The notes beneath the pieces are model-generated. The model saw nothing but the letters and a program-made list of their open reading frames with translations, did not search any database and was not told the DNA's origin. A DNA stretch of 64,000 nt from Balanoglossus misakiensis (taxonomy: Eukaryota > Animalia > Hemichordata), in assembly GCA_040954595.2 (NCBI GenBank), contig CM082579.2, positions 864,922 through 928,921 of the forward strand, written 5' to 3'. The position numbers were made by a program, and so were the translations under genes. Shown in pieces: positions 11,848 to 29,400 of the stretch. The stretch's first letter is position 1. Each line of letters starts with the position of its first letter.

Positions 11848-12470
11848 GGATGAGACAATGATGACTTTACGACCTTGCTTTGATTTCAGGAAACCGATGA
11901 CGTTGTTGTCAAAACTCTGAAACTCGATAATCTATTGAAAGTATTTTTAGCAATGTAGTTCAGCTCAACATATATCTATGCAAGAATATGATTTTCTTCA
12001 ATGTACAAATGTATAAACAAATATTTGTGATAATAAATGTTAATATAACATATACTAATTGTTTAGGAAGTATTAGAAAGAAGATAGCCATAAACGTGAC
12101 AGCTGTACATTTTTATGTTGTCTATTGATTTGTATACATGCATGTAATTTCTCAATTGTATGTTTTCCTGTGTTTATAATGGTGAATGCATGAAAATCCA
12201 TGTTGTTATTCGCTTATCTCAATCGATAAAAAACCTGTGATACAAAAATGTATCAATAATAAAATAACTCCAGAAAGTTTCAGTGCAACTCAGACTTTAA
12301 AACAGTCCTCTCAAAATACATTGAAAGGTATTACTGACTGACTGACTGAACAAATGTTTCAATGAGTCAAATACCTATCCTACCACTTGAGGTTTGATAT
12401 GCAATACTTTCAGCTGAACAACTGCTGACTACATGATAGAGTCATTTCTCAGCAATGTTTGTTTGGTATG

Positions 12471-16733
<4,263 letters not shown>

Positions 16734-16820
16734 TTAATATATAAGTTCGCACTGCACAATTCACAACCGACACTTAAAACATGCACATTATCACTTACAT
16801 ATCCATGAAGGTTACTGTTC

Positions 16821-16830
16821 TGCGCATGTG
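16821..16830. promoter_or_regulatory. NRF1-like motif in the ABHD18/Maf divergent promoter region
   Basis: TGCGCATGTG lies between the divergent start codons at 16469 and 17214. The same 10-mer occurs at 22859-22868. Confidence 0.45.
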
Positions 16831-17213
16831 TATCACCTTCTTGATATAGGTTTTCAGTTTATCAGGTCATGTTTATTAAAAATCTCATTAAAGTTAGAAT
16901 AATGACGTAAAATTATTCGTATCTTCATCTATTGAAATACTTGTACAAATTGTTGTCGATACACGTAAAATATAAACAACTGAAACACACACAATATGAC
17001 TGACCTTTGACCTTACATGTCAGAGGGAATCCATACATGCCCCCAGATCAGACGCTTTCGTCTACTTTTTCGCTTGATAGTTTTTGTCCTGTTCTGTTCT
17101 TCAGTGTATTTGCCGGTTTAAGGCTTTTCATTTGTTTTCTAGACAACAAGTTTGAAATATTGAAGTGAAAGCTCTCACTGGACGTGTAGACACGTCTCAA
17201 ATAGCAATAAACA

Positions 17214-18777
17214 ATGCTGCAACCTATCCTACACAAACTGGAAAGTCAGAGAATAGTACTAGCAAGTGGGTCACCAAGGAGAAAAGAAATTCTTAAAAGC
17301 ATCGTGAGTACTCTACGAAGATTCCAATTTCCAAAATGACATGACTCACTTCTTATACACAGTTGTATTAGAAGAGACATCAGGGATGCTTTGAACATGG
17401 AGCTATCATGCTTTGCATGGGGTGTCAGTAAATTTGTTATAATGCGAATTATTTATCTTTCATCATGTGTTTTAATATGTAGGGATTGAAATTTGAAGTG
17501 ATCAAGTCGCAGTTTGAAGAGAATTTGAATAAATCATTGTTCTCAACACCTGTGGAATATGTAAATGAGACTGCCAGACAAAAGACAATGGAAGTTGCCA
17601 ATCAACTGAAAGGTGTAAGTAGAAATTTCTGTGGATCTCATGAACACAAATTTGATCATAATCAGAAACAGAACCTAATCATTTCTGTAGAGTGATAATG
17701 GCCATGTCAATGACAAGAGCACGAGTTTAGACTGGATACATGTTGGGTTTGTCATATTCTACAAGCTTGACATGTGACAGACTGACTGCTCAATTCTGTT
17801 CTTTTACAGCCCGGTTGTCCTGATCTCATCATTGGTGCAGACACAGTTGTGGTGAGTGATCAGCATTAACCCTTTCACCACCATGGTTTGGTCCAAATCC
17901 ATTGTTTTCAATGGTGAAGTTGGACTTCTAAAGTCAGAAATGGGGCGAAAGGGTTTATCAAGAAATATTTGAATGGGTCTTGTCTGATATAAACACTAAC
18001 TTTGAAATACTTATCAATCTTCCAGACTCTGGACGGTAAAATCTTGGAGAAACCACAAGACAAAGAAGATGCAGTGCAAATGCTGTCTTCCTTGAGTGGA
18101 AGAACACATACTGTACACACAGGAATGGTTCTTGTCACACCTGCAGGTACCATGGCAACTGTCAGCTCATCTCTGCCAGACATGAGTATTTGTCAGTTTT
18201 TTCTGGAAGGGAACTTGAGGTTTCACCCCCAAGATTTCATCAAATGGAATCTTCTATCTGTATTTGCAGTTTTATAATATGATGTCAGTAAAAAAAAATT
18301 TGCCCCCAAAAACACCACTCGATAACTTATCATTTCTTTGTTTTTACAGATAGTGAAACTAAATCTAAAATTCCTTTCAACATCATTAATTTCCATGAAT
18401 CAACAGAAGTCATCTTTGGCAAACTTACACCACAGGTTATTCAAGGCTATGTAGATACAGGTGAACCAATGTGAGTAGGTTACTGATAGTATTATGAATC
18501 AGATGTGTGTACAACATTTATGATTTAGTGTGGAAGGGGTCTCTTGAAACTCACCTGAAGGAATGATATCTTCTGATGTGTTTATATGTTTTGTCTGATC
18601 ATATCTGATAAAACTCTCTCTCCCCTCCTCTCCCACAGGGACAAGGCTGGCGGTTATGGCATACAAGCTCTGGGAGGCACATTGGTCCAAAGCATCTATG
18701 GAGATTATTTCAATGTTGTTGGTTTCCCTCTACATCACTTTTGTAAACAATTGGTCAAACTTTATGCAAATAAATAG
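17214..18777 (+). CDS. Maf-family dTTP/UTP pyrophosphatase (ASMTL N-terminal Maf domain, stand-alone)
   Basis: Exons 17214-17303, 17483-17614, 17810-17851, 18026-18146, 18350-18470, 18639-18777. Maf motifs [61 protein letters not shown]. Confidence 0.92.
17870..17953. mobile_element. About 84-bp MITE, CCCTTTCA...GAAAGGG family, copy B
   Basis: TTAA-CCCTTTCACCACCATGG...TGGGGCGAAAGGG-TTTA. Confidence 0.65.
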
Positions 18778-20286
18778 TCACATTTTTTTAATTTTTTGTC
18801 AAATTTGTACCAATGTCTGTGCCATACTTTTAAGCAATCTATGAACTTGTCAACTTTCGCAAATGTTTTTAGTAAGAGATGAATCACAAAGTTGAGCTGC
18901 TTGATGTTCAAAAGCTGTCAGTCACACAAAGATTCTAAGCAGCAAGAATGTGAATAAAGAATGTACGTTGAAATTGGAAATCACTCTTGGTTTTTCACGC
19001 AAATTCTGTTGTGATACGATCCAACAAGGCTGGACCGCCAGCAGTCACTCACCCCTTCTTTCATACAACTCACATACAAATCCACAATATGACACTTTTA
19101 TGCAATGATTATGTAAGTAGTGTGTATTTACAAGCATAAAACACAAGGACAACTCAAAGCATTACATCACATTAACCCGAGAATAAAAACTAACACTACT
19201 AGGGCAACTCGCTGCACATGGCCAGCAACATTCAATGTGTGTGTGTGTCTTGTAAAATCTTACAAAAGCTGGAGTATACATGTATCTGGGTTTTAGTTGC
19301 ACACACAAAATCTGAGGCACAATGATAGAAAAAAAGTGCTGACGCTTGATTGCAATGATACACTGCTTTCTGTTACAATTGGTCCGAAATCGTGTGAAAC
19401 AAAAGAGCAAGTTGTTATTGCCTGGATCATGCAACAGTATTACGATAAAACACTGACACAAGCAAAACTAAATTTGAAGTGAAGTGACTAAAAACTAAAA
19501 TTTACTCAATATTCTTTTTCTTGTTTCAAGATTTACAATACTTGCCAAATATGTATGGAAAAAAAACAAATAGACAGGTTTGCTTGTTTTAGACACTGGC
19601 TAAGAAGAAATCAAATGCAAAACCATTCTTGAACTCTTCACTTCCAACTTAATTTTACTTGCATCAGATAAATATGTACTCTTTTTTATGTCTGCCCTGA
19701 CCATGGTTTGTAAAAGCAGTGAAAGATATTTGGTGCCAGAGAAGAAATTTCTGTGAATTAATATTCTGTTGTATATTTGACTTTAATTGATTCATTTGGT
19801 GACCAGCAACCCCATTATCATCAATTGTTGGAAATGTCATATTCAAATCCATCTCACCACTGGCTTTTTGGCTTGAGTCTCAATGTTCTCCATCAGCAGA
19901 GTTGAACCCTCTCAAAAGCCAAAAAAGTGTGTTACCTTCCAGATTGCAAAATACTTACAAAGTGACTGTTGTTGGAAATAAAATAAAATGCCACAGATTT
20001 TGTACTGAGTAGCAAAGTCAAGCAAGCAAATCACAATATCTTCAAGTGGTTGGAAAATACAATGTACATTCTTGAAGTGTCTGAGAATTAATTAGCAATG
20101 ACTTTGTTAAATTTCTGTTGGATACAAAATGGCCATGGGGAGATGCCCTACATAGTGAATACATGATTTACACTAAATTATCACAATCGTACATAGGAAA
20201 TAAAATTGCTATCAAAAATTGCCGCACCTATTCCATACCCCAGCATCAAGTGCTGGGACAAAAGCAAAATAGTACAGGGTCCTTTG

Positions 20287-22070
20287 CTATGTGGTCATAT
20301 TCGTCGTCGAATTTTCATCTAAATGTGACGTTCCATTCTGGACGTATGACGACCCAAGTCCGTACAGATGTCCACAATATTTGGCATCATCAACATAGTC
20401 TTCAAAATATATCTGCAAGTTGAAGGGAGAGATATTAAAGCTTGTGTTTTCATATCAATTATGGAAATTAAATATCCATCAGTCTTCAACAACTGCTGCT
20501 GTGAAAAGAACCATTCGATTATTACTACTTACTTCTCTCATTTTGAAGAATGACATACTTGTAAGGAGGCTGTCACTTCCTGCCTGATGTTGAGGACCTA
20601 TCCTCTCAAGCTGAGACGTGAAAGAAAGAAAAATTGGTTTAATCACAGTTCTAAACATACACCTAAACGTTTTGGCACATATGGAACTTGCATGAATAAC
20701 ATTTCGGCAATGTACAAGTTTAATTAGTGGAAATACTCATTTCGAACTTACTTCCAGTTGTTCTGAGACCTCTTGGAGGCCACCCTTCAAGTTTTTACAA
20801 CTCTTCATCAAGTACTTGATGTCATATATGCTGGGGAAATAGGTCCTGAGCAGATCAAAGAATTCACACTCCTCTGCTGGCAAGTTACTGCTTGTGAGCA
20901 TTTTCAGAAGATAACCAAAATCATACCCACTACGGAGGAGGAAAACAACACATCAATAGGTTATAAGAATAAATTCTCATTTGTAATGTACCATACCATA
21001 TATTTAGAGACACCCAGTTTCTCAAGTTGCAAGCATTGTTCACACTATGCACAAAACACCCTCTAAATGAGTCTAATGACAGATTTGACATCAAGCTGCA
21101 AGTGGCAATTTATAACTTATTACATTACAGTGTTATTGAACAATTCAGAGGAAGGGTTGTATGTGTAAGCAAACTTTCCTACCTGTGAAACGAAAGCCAC
21201 TTGACATTGTCACATAGTACGACTCCTGATGTCATCAGTAATTCTGCAAAATCACTGACATCGATGCCTTCTTCTTCATGTTTCTTGAACTGGATGCCAG
21301 AGTTTTGAAGAAGGTCTATTGAGTCTTGAGCATACATATCTTCCCTGTCAAGTCAGTGGAAATATCATGTTTTTAATTATAAATGGACTTGTACAAAACC
21401 GCTCAATGCATCACATACCGCTTGAATATGACAATAATATCATGAGTATTGATAGATGAAGAATCCTTTTACATTTTGACTATACTTGTTGAAGCTTTTA
21501 CGCTCCTGAAATCGAAATAACATGTTATAATACAGAATATGTAACATTCTTCTTTCCAGGAAAACAAATTCTGGCAGAAACAACTTACGTGAGATTGAAT
21601 TTGAAATTGAATTGGAATGTTGAGGCACCCGGTGGATAATGTCCATTTTCATCCGAGAATGAAAGACCTAACTGAATGATTTTTAAAAGATCAACATTAC
21701 ACCGAAGTAATTGATATTGATAATCGGCAGTGCTACGAAATTCACCAATCGGCCTGGCAACCACTCCTGGAAATTCTGTGTCCTGCAGGTAAAGATATGA
21801 AAACACAAATGCTTAGTGAAAACCTTCAAACCAATAGGCATGAATGTGAATGAAATATTTTCAGACAACATGTATTCCTTGCACTCATACGAGCATGTAT
21901 AATTAAGTCATGTGTTCACTACTACACTAACAGCGAACAAAACAAACCAGTGTACATACCATTGCAACAAAGTTGTAAGTTGGTACAAGATGAATCATTT
22001 TCTTAAAGACTTCTTCCAGATTCGATTGCCAGACATCTACTATGACGGGTTCATTGACTTGCGACGGCAT
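20287..22070 (-). CDS. CNOT7: CCR4-NOT deadenylase subunit CAF1 (CNOT7/8)
   Basis: Exons 22070-21960, 21782-21589, 21344-21183, 20929-20752, 20610-20533, 20412-20287. Motifs [66 protein letters not shown] (DEDD nuclease). Confidence 0.96.
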
Positions 22071-22854
22071 GATGACAGGTATTGCAAACTGCTTTGGCTC
22101 TCTAGGCTAATTGGCAAAGCTACATGTATATGGTAGGACAGTGTGTATGCTAGTTCATAGTTCATACAGAAGAAGGGGGCTTCCCCGGGGTTGATGTCAA
22201 GATTTGAAGGTAATGATGGTGCTCTTGCAGTCTGAAAATAAAAAGTAATACACAAATTAACGTAAGAAGGTGAGCTGGTAGAATTATAATTCTTGTACAT
22301 GTACTTTATTTTTGTAATGATTTTTATAAATGATCATGGGGAAAACCGTGGATCAGAAAGTAACATAGCGTAAAATGTAAAGCAAGTTGCACAGAGCGAA
22401 TATGTGATGTCATTACGAGAATCAGATCGAGGCGGGGAATACCTCGATACGCTGTGAATGCTGGGGTCAATTTTTAACCTCAACAGAATTGCTAAGCATG
22501 ATCAACCCATGCATCAACTTGTGCAAAAAGGTTTTGTTGAAGTCAAAATGCTATTTTCCGCTGCAAGTAAGATGTTTGCGGAGTTCGATGTACCGTTTAA
22601 AATAGTGTTGTTTACAAGAAGCCCATGAACAAAGCGAGAGATCATACTTTGGACTTCTCGATTGCATATTTTAACGCGGCAGTACGGCGATCGCGTCCAA
22701 AACTAGCTCATTATTGCGTTAAAAAATTAAAGGATAGACATTTCAATACCTGAATTTCTGAAAATACGTTGTGGACCGTGACTTTTAACTGTTAAACTTC
22801 GTCCGTTTTCTGTATAACTTGAAACGTCCTTGGACCGCGATTGCTACATAGCCA

Positions 22855-22921
22855 CTACTGCGCATGTGAAATGAGCAGGTTCATGCATCATGGGAAATGT
22901 GGGGTCACCGTAAGATGGCGC
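22855..22921. promoter_or_regulatory. Bidirectional promoter core between CNOT7 and VPS37A
   Basis: NRF1-like TGCGCATGTG (22859-22868), ZNF143/SBS-like TGGGAAATGT (22891-22900) and YY1-like AAGATGGCG (22912-22920) cluster between the divergent genes. Confidence 0.55.
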
Positions 22922-23425
22922 TCACTAGACTGAAGGCTCGTCCCAAGCAAGTTGTGTGAGACCGTGTATTTTGGTAAATGAAAATGTAGTATTAACATGT
23001 ACATGATGTAGTTGAAATGACAGATCTATTGAATTAAACTTAACATATTCATTGTAAATGTTACGGTGAAATCTTGACACCCGAGGATGTAAGATCAGTA
23101 TTAAAAGTTGTCATTTCTTTTGATTGTGGATTTTGTGCTTGTGTATGTAGTCTCTCTCAGTCTCTGTCTATGTTGATACCAAAATATTAAATAAAAATTG
23201 TAGAAGTCACAAGTTTACTTATTTAACCAAGCATGAAAAGGCTTCCGAGTCAGCATTTTCACTAATGATTTTTCCATGGGCAAAACATCCAATGGATCGT
23301 GGATGAGCCTGGAACATGACACGGGGTCACCGGTCAATGAGTCATAAACAGAGTGTACCTCGATTGCATACTCTTCCGGATATTTTACATTTTCGCACAT
23401 TCTCCTCTTTCGGACCTTTTTAGAA

Positions 23426-25908
23426 ATGGCCTGGTTGTTTGGAAAGGGTAAAAGTAACCTGCCAGCCGCAACTCATCTCCAGCAACAGCGAAGTAAACAG
23501 ATTGAGTCATTGAAGCAATTTAATAGAAAGTGAGTACGACTTAATTTTGGGGCATTTAATTCTGAATCTGATATTTGTTGTGAATAAGTCCGTTTTGGTC
23601 ACTGCAATCTCAATCAGTCATTGAGGCTTTTCCAAGCTTCGGTAGTAAAACGGATCAGTACATCACCGGACCTGGAACAGTAGTCGAACACACAGTATGT
23701 GTCCATGAACTGCGAAATACTGACCATAGTGGCGCCCCCATCGTTAAGACTCTGCTGTTTCTTACGGTTTCTATACCAACTAACTCATAGCTGCAACCTT
23801 ATCTCCAATCTGATCTTGTTCTTCTACAGTGTTACCGAAATCCAGCGTGATGTTGAATATAGAGTAACCGTGACAACAGGTGGATCTACAATATCATTAA
23901 ATATGTGAGTCTAACATTACACACCAGAGCATTTTTGGAAGCTGGTCACTTAATTGTCTAAAAAGTACCATTCAAGAAATTTGTTCTAAAACCACTCTAA
24001 CATTATTATGGAATGACTATATCTTCTGGAAATGTTCACTTTTTCCCCCACCTTGTACCATTCACAAGTTTGTCCAATTTTACTTTGAATTACCGGTATT
24101 GTCTTTCAGAACTCTTCCTCCATTATTTCCCCAAGAGAAGCCCATTGTCAAGGTATCGCCACCACTGCGACATCCCTGGGTCGATGACCAAATGATTGTG
24201 ACTGGGTGTCCAAGCATCAATAGTGTAAGTTCTTCTGTTTTATGGAACACAGCTGTCTGAGTTCATGTAACATTATCATTGTATTATGTGCTGAAGGCTG
24301 GTTGATATACAACCTAATCTTCATGAATTTTGTCAATATACTTTCATAATCATATACATGTATTTTTGTCTGATTTCTTTTAGTTTGGTGTACATACAGA
24401 TTTGGGTCGAACAATATGTTCCATAAGTTTAGAATTTACTAACAACCCACCGATGGTGTTTGGACAAGAACAAACTCCACAGTAAGTCAATCAATCAATC
24501 AGTTTAAGGTGCTACTGTTTTAGTCAAAACAAACTAGAGCATCAGAAAGTAGCATTTATGAAATGATTCCCTGAATCATGTCACTTTCTTGTCATTCAGA
24601 TCATCAAGTCAGTTGCCATACCAACCACAACCACAAGGCCCTGTCCCTTATCCAGCATATCCTATTAATCCTATTGCTATGGCAACACCACCAGCTGCAG
24701 AAAGCATACCAAGCAGTTTTCCACAGATGCCGATGCCATCATTGCCAGCATCATCCAGTCCTGTACCGGTGGGTAAAACTACTTGTGTCCAATGTGCCCT
24801 CTACGCCCATATGAAATGCCACTGACTCAACAAACTCACTGGTGACTCCAGAAATTTATCCACACTACATGCAAAGGTAAAGGGCTGACTCTGAGACATG
24901 TTTGCACTATTTTCAGATGTCAAGTGCGTACACGATGCCAGCTGTTCCAACTAGTTTTCCAGAACTCCAAAATAAGACAGTTGCAGAACTCAAAGAATTG
25001 AGTGAAGATGATTATAAAATTATACACTACTTTGGCGAATTACCTGAAATCAAGAAACTACATTCAGATAGACAGGATTTGTGTAATATCAGTGAAGATC
25101 TTGCAAGTAAGTCCTTGATGTATTTTCTATCCCACTTGTTTCTAGATTAGTAAAGTAAAGAATTGATACAGCAGACATTCAGACTCTTGAGCAAAGTTGG
25201 AGTAGACCCCTTACCCCTTTAGTTTTTTGTGTGGATTTTATTCACCATTACCATGTAATATCTACTTCCAGAAAGTAACATAAGGACAAGACCAAACCTT
25301 GAATCAAAGAAAGAAGAACTTTTGCAAAGGTATGATGAGTTAACAGCACTGAGAAGAGATTTTGACATGAAGTGTCAAAAACAGCAACAACTGAATGAGG
25401 TACGAAATTCATCTGTGATCGTTCAGAGCTTTTCTGGTGTCTGGGTCTCATTTACCCTCCCATTAAGTTTGAAAGTTTCTCCTCACAGAATAAAGTCTGA
25501 GGTACTGTACTACCTTTGTATTCACCCCCCCCCCCAGTGACTTGACCCAGGTGCTACTTTCATATTATTCAAATTCTCTCCTTACAGAGGTACAACCCAG
25601 GTGCTATTCTGACAAACTTAAGAGTTGCATCAATGGAAGCAGAAGAGGAGTCTGACAAGATAGCTGATTTATTTCTAGATAAAAAACTGGATATCGATAC
25701 ATTTGTCCAACAATTCATGGATAGAAGGAAAGTAAGTACAAACAACAGGAGACTACTTATTGGTAAGTCATTTTATTGGATTGTGAAGAAGACATGTCTG
25801 TGAAAATCTCAATTTTAATATCTCATTTTCGTAATTCTTTTGCAGCTGAGCCATGAAAGGAAAGGCAAAGAAGAGAAACTTCAACAAATGCTTCAGATCA
25901 GATATTGA
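23426..25908 (+). CDS. VPS37A: ESCRT-I subunit VPS37A (UEV-like domain, Pro-rich linker, Mod(r) domain)
   Basis: Exons 23426-23529, 23830-23904, 24110-24224, 24384-24481, 24600-24768, 24917-25106, 25272-25399, 25588-25731, 25846-25908. Motifs MAWLF..LQQQRSKQIESL, EIQRDVEYR, LPPLFPQEKP, EAEEESDKIADLFL..FMDRRKLSHERKGKEEKL. Confidence 0.93.
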
Positions 25909-26491
25909 TGGAGTACAGTTTGCAGTGTACAGCTGCTTTGAAGTCGGACTGACAGATGAAAAACCTATGACTTTGAACACACAACTGCTGTGTGTGTGAG
26001 AACTCAGACTGTCACAGAGAGAAATGCTTGAATCAAGAGAAAGGGATGTCACACAGTGAGAGGGAGTATGCAAATGGAGAACAACCAACCAACCAATCGT
26101 ACATCAGCTTGGTCTGATTAATTATTGATATTTACACCAAGCAATCAAACTCTAATTTGGTCTAAAATACATTGATATGATGAAAGCATGATAGTCAGTT
26201 GAAAATCCATGAATGATACTGGCATGACAATCAGTTAGCATGGGTAAGTCATTGGAGACATTAAACCATGTGAATTCGCTGCTTTTTGCTGCTATGTAAA
26301 TTTACATTTAAAAATACCATATGACAATGGTAGAAATGATTGGAAATACTAGTAAACATCGTACAATTTCCGCAGAGAGTGTGATGTGGCGGCCTTTTTT
26401 AAGTTCTTGCTGATGTTATTAAAATTAGCACACATTGTAAATAAATGTTTCATCGGACGGCATAGTTTCAGTCACAGTCACAGGTTCAGTA

Positions 26492-29400
26492 CTAGTATGT
26501 TGTGGCGTTTACACGGTTAAGTCCTTTCCGAGACTCATTTGCTCTCCAGCTAATCTTGTCAGCTGTTTCATGTTTTCCCCAACTTGAAAGTCGCCTTCGT
26601 CGAAGCAATTCACGCTGTTCAGGAGATGCTATATCGTGGAAGCGGATATATTTACAGTTTCTCAAGTCGTGGACATCGCCCTCTATGGTTGTGGTGTGCC
26701 GCATGTGAGTTAGAAGGCTGGCAGAGAAGTCAAGCTTTTTCTGTTCGCCTACGAATATGTCTTTGGTAGGCGAGGGAATTGGACGTGCCATCACAGAGAC
26801 GCGACTTGGAACTGAAATAAAGACAAGAATAATGGTTTCGTAAGAACATTTATAAAGAGTAATTTTGCTAGATAGGTATAGTTGACCACACCTAAAGCTT
26901 TCAACAGCTCAACACGACGACTTAAGCTTTCAGTTCTAATATTTACATGGTTGGCAGCCCTGTCTATTTGTTTCGTCTGAATTCTCACGATCGGGAATTC
27001 TATTTTTGGCGGTTGGATTGTCAAGTAAACCCGGATGACTTTTGTCACGACTCCTTTAGCCTTGGGCAAATCTTTCTAATTGGTAGAAGATAAATGTTTG
27101 CTTTTTCCTGGTCCCTTTCATTTGTGTCTCGCGATAACAGCCAGTGAAATTCCATAACACTTGTGTTATTTTGTACCGTAAATCAGTCGGAATTAAAACA
27201 AACATTCGAAAGGTCTGACCTGGCGCGGACTAAATTTGAAGTTTTTCCAATAAGCAGACAATGAATCATCAAATGATTGTCTAAATGCAGGACACATTAT
27301 GTCACATTATTTCATCCCATCACTATGGTGATGGGATTAAACGACGTAAAAGAATCTTGATTTTTTTTAAAGGAACATAACATTTTTGGTGAATTTCGGT
27401 GAATTCTGGTCCATTCTATTTCACATGCTTCTTCAAAGACAACTTTGATGCGTCTTTAAAAATTGGTTATGTGTTTAGTCACCGACAAAGAGCGGGGGTG
27501 TTACGTTTACATGGCGGCTACAGTGCAAACAACTCTGCCGCACACTACATTTCAAATGTGGACACGAAATCCGAGACCTCACAAAACTGTCGCGTCTTCG
27601 ACAAATTTTCATGCAAATAGAATGGCATGTTACTCTCGCAAACAATTTTAACCCGTTTTATTGCAGTAAATAAATACCGCGACAAAAGATGATGTCTTTT
27701 CAATCGCATCGTTAAATAACCGTCTCATGGGTTTTGTTTTTTGAACCTTGGCGAAACCCGCACTGTAGCTCTTCCTGTCAAGAAACATTTCAGTCAGTTA
27801 TGAGTGTATTACTTATTGAATTTGTGTTCAATCAGTACAGGCGAGTGAATAGTATAGCATTTCGATACAAAGAACCAATTCAGGTCTCTCTCACGTTAGC
27901 ACCATGAGTTGATTGTCTGTTAAATTATTGTCAGCATATAACGCTGTCTTGAATAGGTGGCTACATACAGAACGGTGGTGCCATAGAAATATCCATGCAT
28001 TATCATTAAACTAAGTTTTAAAACTCAGGAAGCGACAACCCCATTCCTTAAAAATATCGATTCCATTGCTCAAATCTCACAGGCTTAGGGTACTTCGAAA
28101 AAACTGGAATGAATTTGATCAAATACTGATTGATAAAACGCGCATGTTGTATTTAATAAACACACCAGAATCCCCAAGTGCAGAGACTACCGTGACACCA
28201 AATGTCGGTTGCTAGGATACATAGTGGCCGCCATTTATCGGCTTTGCGTATAGCTGGTCCGAACAAAACACGGGTTAGTGTCGGTCGTGTGTTCATTTGA
28301 AAAGCTTTGAATCGAGTAGACACAATCACTGAATCACCGGCAGAAAATCTGAACGTTACTTTTAATACAGATTGGCATTGAATCTCGAACCGATCGAAGA
28401 TAAGCTAATTTAATAAATCTTGGTAAATAGAGATTGAAGTACACAGAACAGATTAAATCTCGTTGTCTTCAACGCTCACATGACGACACAATCTCCCGCG
28501 GGTCCGTTAGTGTGTGACCGCCAGATACTCTCTGTGATCCCTGCCTAACAAACAAAATGTACTGTTTTTGTGACCAATGCTGAATGGATAAAGTTAAAAA
28601 TTCTATGTTTCTTTTTTCTGAAGCGAGGTACTTACATGTACATGTATTAGAATGCAAATCCGTTACCGCTATCTTTAAGACACACACGTGAATGCCGTGT
28701 TGACACTTGCGACTAACTGTAAATCTTTTATTTGTCTTGTCAATCAGCAACTGGTCGGTTGAGTCGCTTGTACATTTTCTACTTTGAATAATGATCTGAT
28801 TAATTTACTCAATTCACTGAAACGTCCACGCAATCCCAATTCCTTCTATCTACATCCGCGTTCATAGATTACAGTCTCTCTCAAAATTCAGATCAATCGT
28901 AACGATGAAAACAAAGTTGAAGCATTTGTCGTGTCTCCGTTGTACACTTTTTGTTTTCTTGCTAATGTGTTGCGGCACTTTATGTACATACCGAGTAAAA
29001 ACATTGAAGAGAGCTGCGCATAAATTTTATTGAACAAACAAAATTTGAAACAAGTCCAAGGTTTATTTTTCTTCAAGGCAAGACGCATGTTGATAGATTT
29101 CTATCTTTCTTAAGACAAATACTTAACAATGCTGATGCCCTGTAAACAATAGGACACTGAAGACCATTCCACGAAAAAGAAAGATTAAAAACGGTTATAA
29201 CGAACGATGACACAAACAGACACAAGACAATAGCAATATGATATTGAAAAGAGCACTGTTATAGACGCTTGTCAATAGTGTTAAGCCTAGTCAAACCAGA
29301 AATCTGCGCCATTGTTTAGAATATGCAAACTGGGTTTGTGAACTACCGCGGCATGTACATACAAATCTTACGTAATAATTTACCCGATTGCTATTTTTCT

